Shown: positions 1 to 8,727 of the stretch, in pieces
How positions within the stretch are numbered: position 1 is the stretch's first letter
Layout of the letters: every line of letters begins with the position of its first letter
Notes under the pieces: generated by a model
Databases searched by the model: none
What the model was told of the DNA's origin: nothing
The model's input: only the letters and a program-made list of their open reading frames with translations
Assembly (NCBI GenBank): GCA_021824285.1
Contig: JAKAKZ010000002.1
Location: 1,303-65,302 of the forward strand
From: a bacterium
Lineage (GTDB): Bacteria; Patescibacteriota; Patescibacteriia; SG8-24
DNA length: 64,000 nucleotides
Direction of reading: 5' to 3'
Made by a program: the position numbers and the translations under genes

Positions 1-368
1 TCGAGAAAGCGCGCGCCGCCGAAGATGCCATCCGAGACGCCGCAGGTCAGCACCGGTTTCCGGCGATACTCCGCGAAGCAGGCGTCCCAGACGATCTTGA
101 GCTCGGCCGGGTAGCCATGGTTGTATTCCGGCGCGACGACGATGAAACCGTCGGCCGCGGCCGCCGCCGTACGCCAAGGAGCCGTTTCCGGCACCGGGTC
201 CTTGGGACCGTGGGTCACCCGCGTGGCCAGCTCGCCGGCATCGAAAATCTCGGCTCGCCAGCCGCGCCTTCCGGCCAGCTCGCGGATCAGTTCCGCGACC
301 TTGGCCGATTTCCGGTCTGTCCGACCGGTGCCGAGCAGGATCGGGACGAAAAATTCCTGTGGTTCCAT
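1..368 (-). CDS. NADPH-dependent FMN reductase (3' end lies outside the window)
   Basis: Translated by hand from ATG at 368: MEPQEFFVPILLGTGRTDRKSAKVA...ADGFIVVAPEYNHGYPAELKIVWD...KPV..CGVSDGIFGGARA. The PEYNHGYP and G-x-x-R motifs fit the flavodoxin-like FMN reductase family. Confidence 0.85.
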   Translation of the reverse strand, partial: MEPQEFFVPILLGTGRTDRKSAKVAELIRELAGRRGWRAEIFDAGELATRVTHGPKDPVPETAPWRTAAAAADGFIVVAPEYNHGYPAELKIVWDACFAEYRRKPVLTCGVSDGIFGGARFL

Positions 369-511
369 AGAGATGATGTTCGGGATGATTCTACTCCTCT
401 CCCGCCGGAACGGAAATGGCCGGATTGACTGATCCCGGATTTTCAGGTTAATTTGGTCTGCCGTACCTTGACTTAAGGCCGAGATAGGCCGCCGACCGAA
501 AGGAGAGCCAC

Positions 512-1162
512 ATGAGGCGTCTGTTCAGACGGCTGGAAAAGGAAGGCGTGCTGGACCCTGCGGTCCAACGCGAGATCGACAGCCTCCGGCAGCACGGCAT
601 CTTCGCCATCGCGAGTCCGGATCTCCAGGAGGCCGTCATCGACTACCTGACCGAGTGCGCGCCGACCGGCTTCTTCACCAAGGGCGCCACCCGGACCGGC
701 AAGCATCACCCGAGCTGGCAGAACGGCCCGTCCGGCATCCTGCGCAACACGACGGAGTGCTGCCTGATCCTGCCGGGACTCGCCTCCTCGCTTCCGGACT
801 TCCTCGACGACGGCAAGCAGGTCCGCCTGGACATGCTGGACATCGCCTACGCGGCGACCATCGTCTCGGACTCGCTCAAATGGAACCGGCTGGGCGAGTG
901 GTCCACCGCACCGCACGAAATCGCAGGCGCGAAGGCCTGGACGGATTTCGCCCTGCCACGCGTCAAGCGGACCCGGCTCACGCTCGGCGAAGTGCTGGGC
1001 GTCGAGCAGGCCGTGCGCTGGCACCACGGCGTCTGGAGCGCCGACTTCCGCAAGGGGCAGGGCCTGACGCCGGAATCCTGGCTCGTGCACCTCTCGGACA
1101 CGGTCCTGGCCCAGAAGGCGCTCGAGAAGATCTACGAGCCCAAGCAACGTATCGACGACTGA
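512..1162 (+). CDS. HD-domain-like protein with degenerate metal ligands
   Basis: FFTKGATRTGKHHP...GILRNT...IVSDSLK...HEIAGA...VRWHHGVW...VHLSD follows the YhaM/phage HD layout. Preceded by the RBS AGGAGAG. Confidence 0.6.
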   Translation: MRRLFRRLEKEGVLDPAVQREIDSLRQHGIFAIASPDLQEAVIDYLTECAPTGFFTKGATRTGKHHPSWQNGPSGILRNTTECCLILPGLASSLPDFLDDGKQVRLDMLDIAYAATIVSDSLKWNRLGEWSTAPHEIAGAKAWTDFALPRVKRTRLTLGEVLGVEQAVRWHHGVWSADFRKGQGLTPESWLVHLSDTVLAQKALEKIYEPKQRIDD

Positions 1163-1239
1163 CCCAACCGCGCCTCCGCGCGGTTTTTTCTTAGGGAGGT
1201 CGGTAATAAAAAAGACCGGCGCTCTGGCCGGTCCGAAAG

Positions 1240-1644
1240 CTACTTCTTGTCCGGAGGCTTCGGGCCGCCCTCCTTGGGCTCCACCACGACCTCCTTCGAG
1301 ACCTTCTTGCCGCCGGCCTCGCCCTCGACCTTCACCTTGATCTCCTTCACGGCCTCGCGGCTGACCTGCTTGCCCGCGTCCTCCGTGGCCTTCTTGGCCG
1401 CGTCGAGCTGGGCGCCGGAGCCGTTGTCCTTCTGCTTCTCGACAGCCTCCTTCACCTGCTCCTTGAGGTTCTCCTTGACCTTCTTGGCGTAGTCGAGCTT
1501 GCGCGCGGTGTCGTCCTTGTCCCGGCCCTTCTCGGGCGTGACCGTGACGTGCACCTTCTCCTTCTCGAGCGGCGCCTTTTCCGGCGGCGGAGGCGGAGCC
1601 TTGTCCGGCGGCGGGGTCTTGCTGTCCTTCTGATCGTCGGCCAT
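1240..1644 (-). CDS. Lys/Glu/Pro-rich hypothetical protein
   Basis: ATG at 1644 (MADDQKD) follows an AGGAGG RBS. Strong GC3 bias, and a terminator hairpin at 1208-1232. Confidence 0.7.
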   Translation of the reverse strand: MADDQKDSKTPPPDKAPPPPPEKAPLEKEKVHVTVTPEKGRDKDDTARKLDYAKKVKENLKEQVKEAVEKQKDNGSGAQLDAAKKATEDAGKQVSREAVKEIKVKVEGEAGGKKVSKEVVVEPKEGGPKPPDKK

Positions 1645-1830
1645 GTCCGGCCTCCTGTTTTTGCGCGTAATCACGCGGTGCAATGAGCTGAACGGCTCAG
1701 GACGAGAATGCCATGGCCGCTTTCTTTTGGCAAGATGGACGCCTAGCCGCTCACGACCGCCGTGCAGACCAAAAAACGGCGCGCCGAGAGGCGTGCCGCT
1801 GCTGGTTTCGGGGCGACAGATGATAATCGC

Positions 1831-2535
1831 TCATTTGGCCAAGAGCCGAGCGATATCCGGATATTTGGCCAGGTAATCAGCCGGGCACTGCGTCTTGGTC
1901 GAGGAAGCGGACAGGTTCGGCACGCAAGCCGGCAGCCACCAATCGTCTCGACTGCTCGTGAACGGCCACAGGTTGTCGGCCTCTCCGCCATCCTTGAAGA
2001 ACAGCCGGACGCGGATGAACTTGGAGAGCGGCTTCTGGCGCTCGATGAGCACGGCCGAAAGCGGCCGACCGACGGCCTTGTAGTAATCGGTGGCCGGCTC
2101 GGAAACCATCGCCTGAATCAGCGCCCGATCGTTCGCGTCCGCGAGCGAGAAGACGAAAGCCGTCTTCTCCTCGGCTACCGGCGCGGGCGCCGAGGGAGGC
2201 GGCGGCGTATGGCGGCTCGAATAGTTCGCGCGCAGCAGCGAGTAGGAATCGGCCATGGCTTCCAACTGTCCTGACTGCCAGGTCACGTAGAACAGGTTGG
2301 CGATGCCGAGCGCCAGGATCGCCAAAATGGCCAACAGGCTGAGCAGGCCGATTTTCTGGCCGCGCCCAGACTGAAGGGTCGCGGTCGGAGCCGAGCGAGC
2401 CACTTCAATGCGCGGTACAGCCGCCTTGCGCGAGACCGGCCGTTTCCGGGCAGTTTTTTTCGGAGAAGCCGGTTGCGGCTTATCCTCCGTCGGCGGAACC
2501 GGTTGCAGCTCCTCGTTCTCCATAAGAATTGGCAT
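1831..2535 (-). CDS. Single-pass membrane hypothetical protein
   Basis: Basic N-terminus, one hydrophobic segment (IGLLSLLAILAILALGIANLFYV) and a C-terminal Cys pair followed by YLAKYPDIA. Confidence 0.65.
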   Translation of the reverse strand: MPILMENEELQPVPPTEDKPQPASPKKTARKRPVSRKAAVPRIEVARSAPTATLQSGRGQKIGLLSLLAILAILALGIANLFYVTWQSGQLEAMADSYSLLRANYSSRHTPPPPSAPAPVAEEKTAFVFSLADANDRALIQAMVSEPATDYYKAVGRPLSAVLIERQKPLSKFIRVRLFFKDGGEADNLWPFTSSRDDWWLPACVPNLSASSTKTQCPADYLAKYPDIARLLAK

Positions 2536-2615
2536 TACGGTTTATCGTACGCCGCAATTGTAGCAAACGCGGTGGGGGGTGCGCCAATCGGGTGGTTGAA
2601 AGTTCGGATTTTGAA

Positions 2616-2679
2616 GTTGCCCCGCCACATATCTCTGAATCAGAGAGGGCGGGGTCCCGCCTGAATGGCGGGAAAAGTT
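2616..2679 (+). repeat. Dispersed two-hairpin repeat, copy 1
   Basis: GTTGCCCCGCCAC..GGCGGGGTCCCGCC-TGAAT-GGCGGGAAAAGTT matches copies at 8384, 13087 and 31960. Confidence 0.85.
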
Positions 2680-2760
2680 ATTGAAATCGCGTCTGGAGGT
2701 ACGACTTCAACTGACCGATAACTCTCAACTTTCAACTTTTGAACTTTAAACCACCCCACC

Positions 2761-4053
2761 CTACTTCTTCTCCGTCAGCGTCACCGCCACCGTCTTCTCC
2801 TCGCCGCGGTGCAGGACCTTCAGCGTGATTTTGTCTCCGGGCGCGTATTTCGACAGCGCCTGATCCAATGGAAAATCCTCAGTGAGTTTCTGCCCGCTGA
2901 CCTCCAGAACGATATCGTTCTCCATGAGACCGGCCTTATCCGCAGGCGAGCCCGGCAGCACGGCCAGGTCAGTCTGCTTGTCGCCGCGTACGATGAGCGC
3001 GCCGTTGTCCACGGACAGCTGGTTGGCTTTCTTGATGTCCTTGTCGATCATCACGAAGCGGATGCCGAGGAACGGCCGGACGAGCTTGCCGCCTTTCCGC
3101 ACCGTCTCCACCGCCCGGCGCACGTCGTTGATCGGCAGCGCGAAGCCGATGTTCTGCGAACCCTGTACGATGGCCACGTCCACGCCGATCACCTGGCCCT
3201 TGAGATTCAGGAGCGGGCCGCCGGAATTGCCTGGATTAATGGCCGCATCGGTCTGGATGACGCCGAACAGGTTCTCCGACGACTGGCCGTCGGAGACGCC
3301 TTTGAGCGATCGCTGGAGCCCGGAGACGATGCCGGAGGAAACGGTGTTCCCGAACTCGCCGAGCGCGTAGCCGATGGCGATAGCGCGTTGTCCGACCTGC
3401 AGGGCATCTGAATCGCCATAAGCGAGCGTCGGCAGGCCAGTGGCCTCCACCTTCAGCACGGCCACGTCGTTCGACGGATCGCGCGCCAGGACCTTGACCG
3501 GGAACGTGCGGCCGTCGGCCAGGACCGCCGTGTACTCCGCGGTCTCGTCCGCCACCACGTGCCGGTTCGTGACGATATAGCCGTCAGCGGAGACGATGAA
3601 GCCGCTGCCCGCGCCCACTTTCTTCTTTTCAGTCCCCTTCTGCTGGTACTGCGGCACCTGGAACTGCGGTGAGTTGCCGAAAAACTGGCTGAAGAAATCG
3701 TTGTTGCCGAACGGATTCACCATCTGCTGCTCGTAGACCGGCATGTCCTTGCTGATGATGATGGAGACGACCGCCGGACTCGCCTTCTTCACCGCCGCGA
3801 TGGTCAGCTGCTCATCGGTCTGGACCTCCGGCTTCGGCGCCGCGGCTGTCCGGCGGATAAAAGCCGGGCCGGCGACGCCCCGGCCGTCGTCGCCCATCAT
3901 GGGCAGGAGCGAAAGCAGGTCACCTGGCACAGGGCTCGAGACGGCAAAAACACCGGCTAGGAAACCGGTTCCGGCGGAGAGGATGACGGAAATCAGGATG
4001 GTGAGGGCCGCCGTGGCGGAAGGCGGCAACGGTTTGTGCTCCGGCATATTCAT
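2761..4053 (-). CDS. htrA: HtrA/DegP-family serine protease with PDZ domain
   Basis: GSGFIVSADGYIVTNRHVV, D-V-A-V-L-K, IQTDAAINPGNSGGPL, C-terminal PDZ (PGSPADKAGL) and an N-terminal TM segment. Confidence 0.95.
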   Translation of the reverse strand: MNMPEHKPLPPSATAALTILISVILSAGTGFLAGVFAVSSPVPGDLLSLLPMMGDDGRGVAGPAFIRRTAAAPKPEVQTDEQLTIAAVKKASPAVVSIIISKDMPVYEQQMVNPFGNNDFFSQFFGNSPQFQVPQYQQKGTEKKKVGAGSGFIVSADGYIVTNRHVVADETAEYTAVLADGRTFPVKVLARDPSNDVAVLKVEATGLPTLAYGDSDALQVGQRAIAIGYALGEFGNTVSSGIVSGLQRSLKGVSDGQSSENLFGVIQTDAAINPGNSGGPLLNLKGQVIGVDVAIVQGSQNIGFALPINDVRRAVETVRKGGKLVRPFLGIRFVMIDKDIKKANQLSVDNGALIVRGDKQTDLAVLPGSPADKAGLMENDIVLEVSGQKLTEDFPLDQALSKYAPGDKITLKVLHRGEEKTVAVTLTEKK

Positions 4054-4210
4054 TGGTGCAGGCGCGCGAACGCGCGGCTCGATTGGATTTTACCATCGCC
4101 CCAAAGGGGCATACAACTTTAAATATACGCCAGTCGGGGCGGTTATCTTTCAAAATATAACGAGGCCAAAACTCAAAATCCGCCCCGGTTGGGGGCGGAT
4201 TTCGTTTACG

Positions 4211-7200
4211 CTAGGAGCAGCCGCTCGTCGACCCGCAATTTAGGCACTTGTAGCAGGCGCCATTCCGGACCATCATCGCGCCGCAGGTGTCGCACACCGG
4301 CGCGTCGGCCTGGTTGTCGAAGCTCATGGTCAGGGCGTTCGAGGTCCGACCGCGGTCCTTCTGGGCGTCAATCGTCAGCTGGGCGGCCGCGGCGGCGGAT
4401 ATGGCCGTTTTCGGCTCGTCCGGCAGGGGCGTGCAGGATGGCGTGCAGGATTCCGCAGTCGGCGGTTCCGGCGCTGCCATTGCAACCGGCGTCGGCGGCT
4501 CGAACGAGGCCTGACCAGCGTCGCCGATCGTCTGCACTTCGGTATTCACGCCCACGGCCTTCGCCTCTTCCGGCGACAGGAACTTCAGCGCCAGCCAGCG
4601 GAAGATGTAGTCCACGATGGACTTGGCGATGCGGATATTCGGGTTGTTGGTGAAGCCCGACGGCTCGAAGCGCACGTGCGCGAACTTGTTCACGAGCACC
4701 TTTAGCGGCACGCCGTACTGGAGCGCGATGGATGTCGAGGTGGCGAAGGCGTCGATGAGGCCGGCGATGACCGAACCGCCCTTGGCCATGCGGATGAAGA
4801 ACTCGCCCGGCGTGCCGTCGTCATACAGGCCGACGGTGATGTAGCCCTCATGTCCCGCCACCGAGAACTTGTGAGTGAGCGACTTGCGCTCGTCCGGCAG
4901 GCGGCGGCGAAGCGGGCGGTACTCGATCTTGACCTGCGGGGATTGGGTATTGGTGGCTGGTGGCCGGTGGCCGGTGGCTGGTGCTGTGGCTTCTGTAGAT
5001 TTGGTGGAAGCGGCTGGAGCAGGCTTCTTGTCCTTTTCCACGGAAGTCGTCAGCACCTGCTGCCCCTTGGAGCCGTCGCGGTAGATGGCCACGGCCTTGA
5101 GGCCCAGCTTCCAGGATTCGATGTAGGCGTCTTCCACGTCCTTGGGCGTGGCCTCGGCCGGCATGTTCACGGTCTTGGAAATGGCGCCGGAGAGGAACGG
5201 CTGGACCGCGCCCATCATGCGGATGTGGCCCATGTACGGGATGGAACGCACGCCCTTGGCCGGCTTGAAGGCGCAGTCGAAGACCGGCAGATGCTCCTTC
5301 CGGAGATGCGGCGCGCCCTCGATGGTGCCCTCGCGGTCGAGGTAAGCGAGAATGGCCTGTTTCTCCGCCTCGGGATAGCCGAGCGCGTCGAGCGCCAGCG
5401 GCACGGTCTGATTGACGATCTTCATGAGCCCACCGCCCACGAGCCACTTGAACTTCACGAGCGCGATGTCCGGCTCAATGCCGGTCGTGTCGCAGTCCAT
5501 GAGAAAGCCGATGGTGCCGGTCGGGGCCAGTACGGAAATCTGGGCGTTGCGGAAACCGCTTGCCATGCCGCGCTCGAGCGCCTGGTCCCAGGATTCGCGC
5601 GCCATGTCCTGCAGATCCTGCGGCACGCCAAGCGGCGGGATGGCATAAGCCTTGTCGCGGTGCATGCCGATGACCTTGAGGAACGGCCGCTCGTTAAGCC
5701 GATAGAAGCGGAACGGTTCGAGCGCCTCGGCGACGGCGGCGGACTGGGCGTAGGCCCGGCCGGACATGAGCGCCGTGATGGCCGCAGCGAAATTGCGCCC
5801 CTCCTCGGAGTCGTAGGCCAAACCGCGCGCCATGAGCAGGGCACCGAGATTGGCGTAGCCCAAGCCGAGCGGCCGGAAATCCTCGCTGTTCTGTTCGATG
5901 GCCGGTGTCGGATAGCTGGAGTTGGAGACCAGGATCTCCATGGCCGTGATGATCACGTCCACGGCATGGACGAAGGACTCCACGTCGAACCCGCCGTCCG
6001 GCAGGCGGAACTTCATCAGGTTAAGCGAGGCCAGGTTGCAGGCCGTGTCGTCCAGGAACATGTACTCCGAGCACGGATTCGAGGCGTTGATGCGGCCGGA
6101 GTTCGGCGAGGTGTGCCAGCGGTTGACGGTCGTATCGTACTGCAGTCCCGGATCGCCGCATTCCCAGGCGGCTTCGGAGATCTTACGCATCAGGTCGCGG
6201 GCGCGCAGGGTCTCGACCGTCTCGCCGGTCGTCACGGCGCGAGTACGCCATTCGCGGTCTTCGAGCACTGCCCGCATGAAGTCGTCGGTCACGCGCACGC
6301 TATTGTTGGCGTTCTGGAAGAAGACCGAGCCGTAGGCCTCGCCGTCAATGGAGCCATCGTAGCCCAGACCGACCAGCGCTTTGGCCTTCCGCTCCTCTTT
6401 CACCTTGCACATGATGTATTCCTCGATGTCCGGGTGGTCGGCGTTCAGGATCACCATCTTGGCCGCACGGCGCGTCTTGCCGCCGGACTTGATGATGCCG
6501 GCGAAGGCGTCGAAACCCTTCATGAAGGACACCGGCCCGGAGGACTTGCCGCTCGAATTGCCCAAATGCTCCTTGGACGAGCGCAGGGTGGAAAGATTGG
6601 AACCGGTGCCGGAACCGTACTTGAAGAGCATGCCCTCCGTCACCGTCAAGTTCAGGATGGAGCGCATGTCGTCGCGCACGGAATTGATGAAGCAGGCGGA
6701 GCACTGCGGCCGCGCGCTGACGCCCACGTTGAACCAGACCGGGCTATTGAAGGCCGCGTGCTGGTTGACGAGCAGGTGCGTCAGTTCGGTCTCAAAGGTA
6801 TCGGCGTCGCCCGGCGTCGCGAAATAGCCGTCATGGCGGCCCCAATCGGAGACGGTCTTGGCCACGCGGTCCACCATCTGGCGCACGGAAGTCTCCCGCT
6901 CCGGCTTGCCGATCTGGCCGCGGAAATACTTGGAGACGCAGATGTTGGTCGCCTGCTGGCTCCAGGATTCCGGCACCTCCACGCCGCGCTGTTCGAAGAC
7001 GTTCTTGCCCTTCTCGTTGGTGATGATGGCATCGCGCACCTCCCAGGTCATCTCGTCGTAAGGATGCACGCCATCGCGGGTGAACCAGCGATGGAAGCGG
7101 ATGCCGCGGGTGTGGCGCGGCGGGGCCGTCGGCACGTCAGCCGCCGTCAGCGTCGCGAAGTACCGTTTGACGGCGTAGGGCAGGTTATTGTCGATCAGGA

Positions 7201-7516
7201 CGCCGGCAATCGTCCGGGCGACATCGTCCGTGGTCGGTACGGCATGCCCGTCGAAATCGCGCTCCAGCCGCATCAGGGCCTGATGCGTGCAGCGCGCCAA
7301 GAGCTGGCTGTCGGAGAGCCCCACGTCCTTGAACGCCTGCGCAAAAGAAATCGCGACCTGGGCGGCGTCAAAGGGCGCCACGCTGCCGTCGCGATGCTTG
7401 ATGGTCGTGACTTTGGTCAATTCCGGGATCTGGTCCAAGATCGCCGCCACGACCTCCTTGGTGTCCTCGTGGCGTGCGCCGAAAGACGCGCGGGTTTTGG
7501 TTTCGGAATGCGGCAT
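4211..7516 (-). CDS. nrdJ: Class II (vitamin B12-dependent) ribonucleotide reductase with N-terminal ATP cone and C-terminal TSCPD/Zn-ribbon
   Basis: FNSPVWFN, PQCSACFI, GGKTRRAAKM, NASNPCSEY, LAPTGTIG, SGAISKTVNMP and C-terminal CDTCG..CYKCLNCG. The likely start is ATG at 7516 after the RBS GAGGAGGA. Confidence 0.97.
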   Translation of the reverse strand: MPHSETKTRASFGARHEDTKEVVAAILDQIPELTKVTTIKHRDGSVAPFDAAQVAISFAQAFKDVGLSDSQLLARCTHQALMRLERDFDGHAVPTTDDVARTIAGVLIDNNLPYAVKRYFATLTAADVPTAPPRHTRGIRFHRWFTRDGVHPYDEMTWEVRDAIITNEKGKNVFEQRGVEVPESWSQQATNICVSKYFRGQIGKPERETSVRQMVDRVAKTVSDWGRHDGYFATPGDADTFETELTHLLVNQHAAFNSPVWFNVGVSARPQCSACFINSVRDDMRSILNLTVTEGMLFKYGSGTGSNLSTLRSSKEHLGNSSGKSSGPVSFMKGFDAFAGIIKSGGKTRRAAKMVILNADHPDIEEYIMCKVKEERKAKALVGLGYDGSIDGEAYGSVFFQNANNSVRVTDDFMRAVLEDREWRTRAVTTGETVETLRARDLMRKISEAAWECGDPGLQYDTTVNRWHTSPNSGRINASNPCSEYMFLDDTACNLASLNLMKFRLPDGGFDVESFVHAVDVIITAMEILVSNSSYPTPAIEQNSEDFRPLGLGYANLGALLMARGLAYDSEEGRNFAAAITALMSGRAYAQSAAVAEALEPFRFYRLNERPFLKVIGMHRDKAYAIPPLGVPQDLQDMARESWDQALERGMASGFRNAQISVLAPTGTIGFLMDCDTTGIEPDIALVKFKWLVGGGLMKIVNQTVPLALDALGYPEAEKQAILAYLDREGTIEGAPHLRKEHLPVFDCAFKPAKGVRSIPYMGHIRMMGAVQPFLSGAISKTVNMPAEATPKDVEDAYIESWKLGLKAVAIYRDGSKGQQVLTTSVEKDKKPAPAASTKSTEATAPATGHRPPATNTQSPQVKIEYRPLRRRLPDERKSLTHKFSVAGHEGYITVGLYDDGTPGEFFIRMAKGGSVIAGLIDAFATSTSIALQYGVPLKVLVNKFAHVRFEPSGFTNNPNIRIAKSIVDYIFRWLALKFLSPEEAKAVGVNTEVQTIGDAGQASFEPPTPVAMAAPEPPTAESCTPSCTPLPDEPKTAISAAAAAQLTIDAQKDRGRTSNALTMSFDNQADAPVCDTCGAMMVRNGACYKCLNCGSTSGCS

Positions 7517-7537
7517 AGGGTCCTCCTCAGGAGTTAT

Positions 7538-7586
7538 GCACAATAGGTTGTATATTACGTTACCATCTTACCACTATAGGTTGTGG
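7538..7586 (-). promoter_or_regulatory. Tandem NrdR boxes upstream of nrdJ
   Basis: ATACAACCTATTGTGC (7538-7553) and CCACAACCTATAGTGG (7571-7586) on the minus strand resemble the consensus acaCwAtATaTwGtgt. The starts are 33 bp apart. Confidence 0.75.
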
Positions 7587-7602
7587 TGCATGAAATATGA
7601 TC

Positions 7603-7611
7603 TGTGGATAA
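7603..7611 (-). promoter_or_regulatory. DnaA box
   Basis: Perfect TTATCCACA on the minus strand, in the nrdJ promoter region. Confidence 0.5.
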
Positions 7612-7761
7612 ATCCGCACCGGCTGGTTAGGCATTATCGAATTTTTTCTCATTGAAATATCGTTCATCCGCATGCCGCCGCATCGGCGGCAAAACGGCAC
7701 CGACCCCCACCAGCGGGGGCCGGCGAATCGGCCGCACTCGGGGACGCAGACGCCCCGTCCG

Positions 7762-8337
7762 CTAGAACGGCATCGTCAGGTTGATGGCCGCCTTCTGCGC
7801 CTGCGGCGCGAAATCGACCTTCACCGAAACGTCCTGCCCCATCCGATCCTTGTACTTCACCTGGCCGCTCTTAAGTCCGTACTCATAGACCTCCTTCGTG
7901 ACCTTCACGTCCTGCAGACAGTAGTCCCGCAGCTTCTGGAGTTCTCCCTTGCGGAAAAATTCAATCGCTTGCAGGCCGTTGCCGGATTTGCCGGTCCCCA
8001 GGCTGGCGTGCGCCACGTCGTCGAGCTTCACGCGGAACCCGATCTGCTTCTCGATGTCCTTCATGATGTCGAGCGTCGGAAATTTCATCAGGTCGCCGGG
8101 GTAATAGGTGTTGAGGACCTGGTAGTCGAAACCGAAAAGGTTGTAGCCGATGATCCGGTCGGCGGACTCCAGCAGCCGCCAAAGTTTCGGCAGGTCCGGT
8201 TCCAGGAACGAAAGATACTCATCGGTCCGGTACAGGTACAGTCCGACGAGCGACACCTGCAGGAGCGAAGGATCGTACTTGCCGACGTCCGCGAAGCTGT
8301 TCGCGGTCTCGATGTCCAAAACGACTTCGTTGCTCAT
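7762..8337 (-). CDS. RNase H-like DEDD 3'-5' exonuclease (YprB/PolB-exo-like)
   Basis: VLDIET, IIGYNLFGFD and YCLQDV exonuclease motifs. Confidence 0.88.
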   Translation of the reverse strand: MSNEVVLDIETANSFADVGKYDPSLLQVSLVGLYLYRTDEYLSFLEPDLPKLWRLLESADRIIGYNLFGFDYQVLNTYYPGDLMKFPTLDIMKDIEKQIGFRVKLDDVAHASLGTGKSGNGLQAIEFFRKGELQKLRDYCLQDVKVTKEVYEYGLKSGQVKYKDRMGQDVSVKVDFAPQAQKAAINLTMPF

Positions 8338-8383
8338 AAGTTTCAGCAGAGGGCATCTGATTCCCAGGCGCCTCTGGACTTCT

Positions 8384-8446
8384 AACTCTTCCCGCCATTT
8401 GGGCGGGACCCCGCCTCCTTTGACTAAAGATAAGTGGCGGGGGAAC
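8384..8446 (-). repeat. Dispersed two-hairpin repeat, copy 2
   Basis: Reverse complement reads GTTCCCCCGCCACTTATCTTTAGTCAAAGGAGGCGGGGTCCCGCCCAAATGGCGGGAAGAGTT. Confidence 0.85.
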
Positions 8447-8465
8447 CCCTAAACCAGACAGATCG

Positions 8466-8618
8466 CTACCCTAGGCAGCCGCATTTGCAGTCCCGACCGT
8501 CGTGCGACGCATGGCCGCAATCCGGACAGAACTGTTCGACCTGCTGTTCCGCCTCACAGCCGCACGAGCAGCTGCCGTCATCAAGATGGTCGTGTTCGCA
8601 AACGTTGCAGAGTGACAT
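8466..8618 (-). CDS. 50-aa Cys/His-rich small protein (metallothionein-like or Zn-binding)
   Basis: Hand translation: MSLCNVCEHDHLDDGSCSCGCEAEQQVEQFCPDCGHASHDGRDCKCGCLG*. It has 10 Cys and 4 His in two internal repeats and is below the ORF-track size cut-off. Confidence 0.75.
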   Translation of the reverse strand: MSLCNVCEHDHLDDGSCSCGCEAEQQVEQFCPDCGHASHDGRDCKCGCLG

Positions 8619-8727
8619 AACGGTGATTTAGGGCCGATTTCGTCCGGCGTCTTCGCCGGAAAGATTGCTCCGTAGCATTGTCAGCTTAAGGTACGTGAGA
8701 GCGTTGCGCAATGTCCGGTCAAGAGCC

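Noticed and set aside
4956-4963. GCTGGTGG (E. coli Chi) inside nrdJ
   Set aside because: A by-product of the heptamer repeat. Chi sequences are lineage-specific.
4850-7546. 898-aa plus-strand ORF opposite nrdJ, and similar long antisense ORFs (e.g. 24619-26586, 36900-38204, 60234-61520)
   Set aside because: Shadow frames produced by high GC3 codon bias. They have no motifs and fully overlap well-supported genes.
8434-8631. 65-aa plus-strand ORF in the track
   Set aside because: It is the antisense of the Cys/His-rich 50-aa minus-strand ORF, which has a far more ordered sequence.
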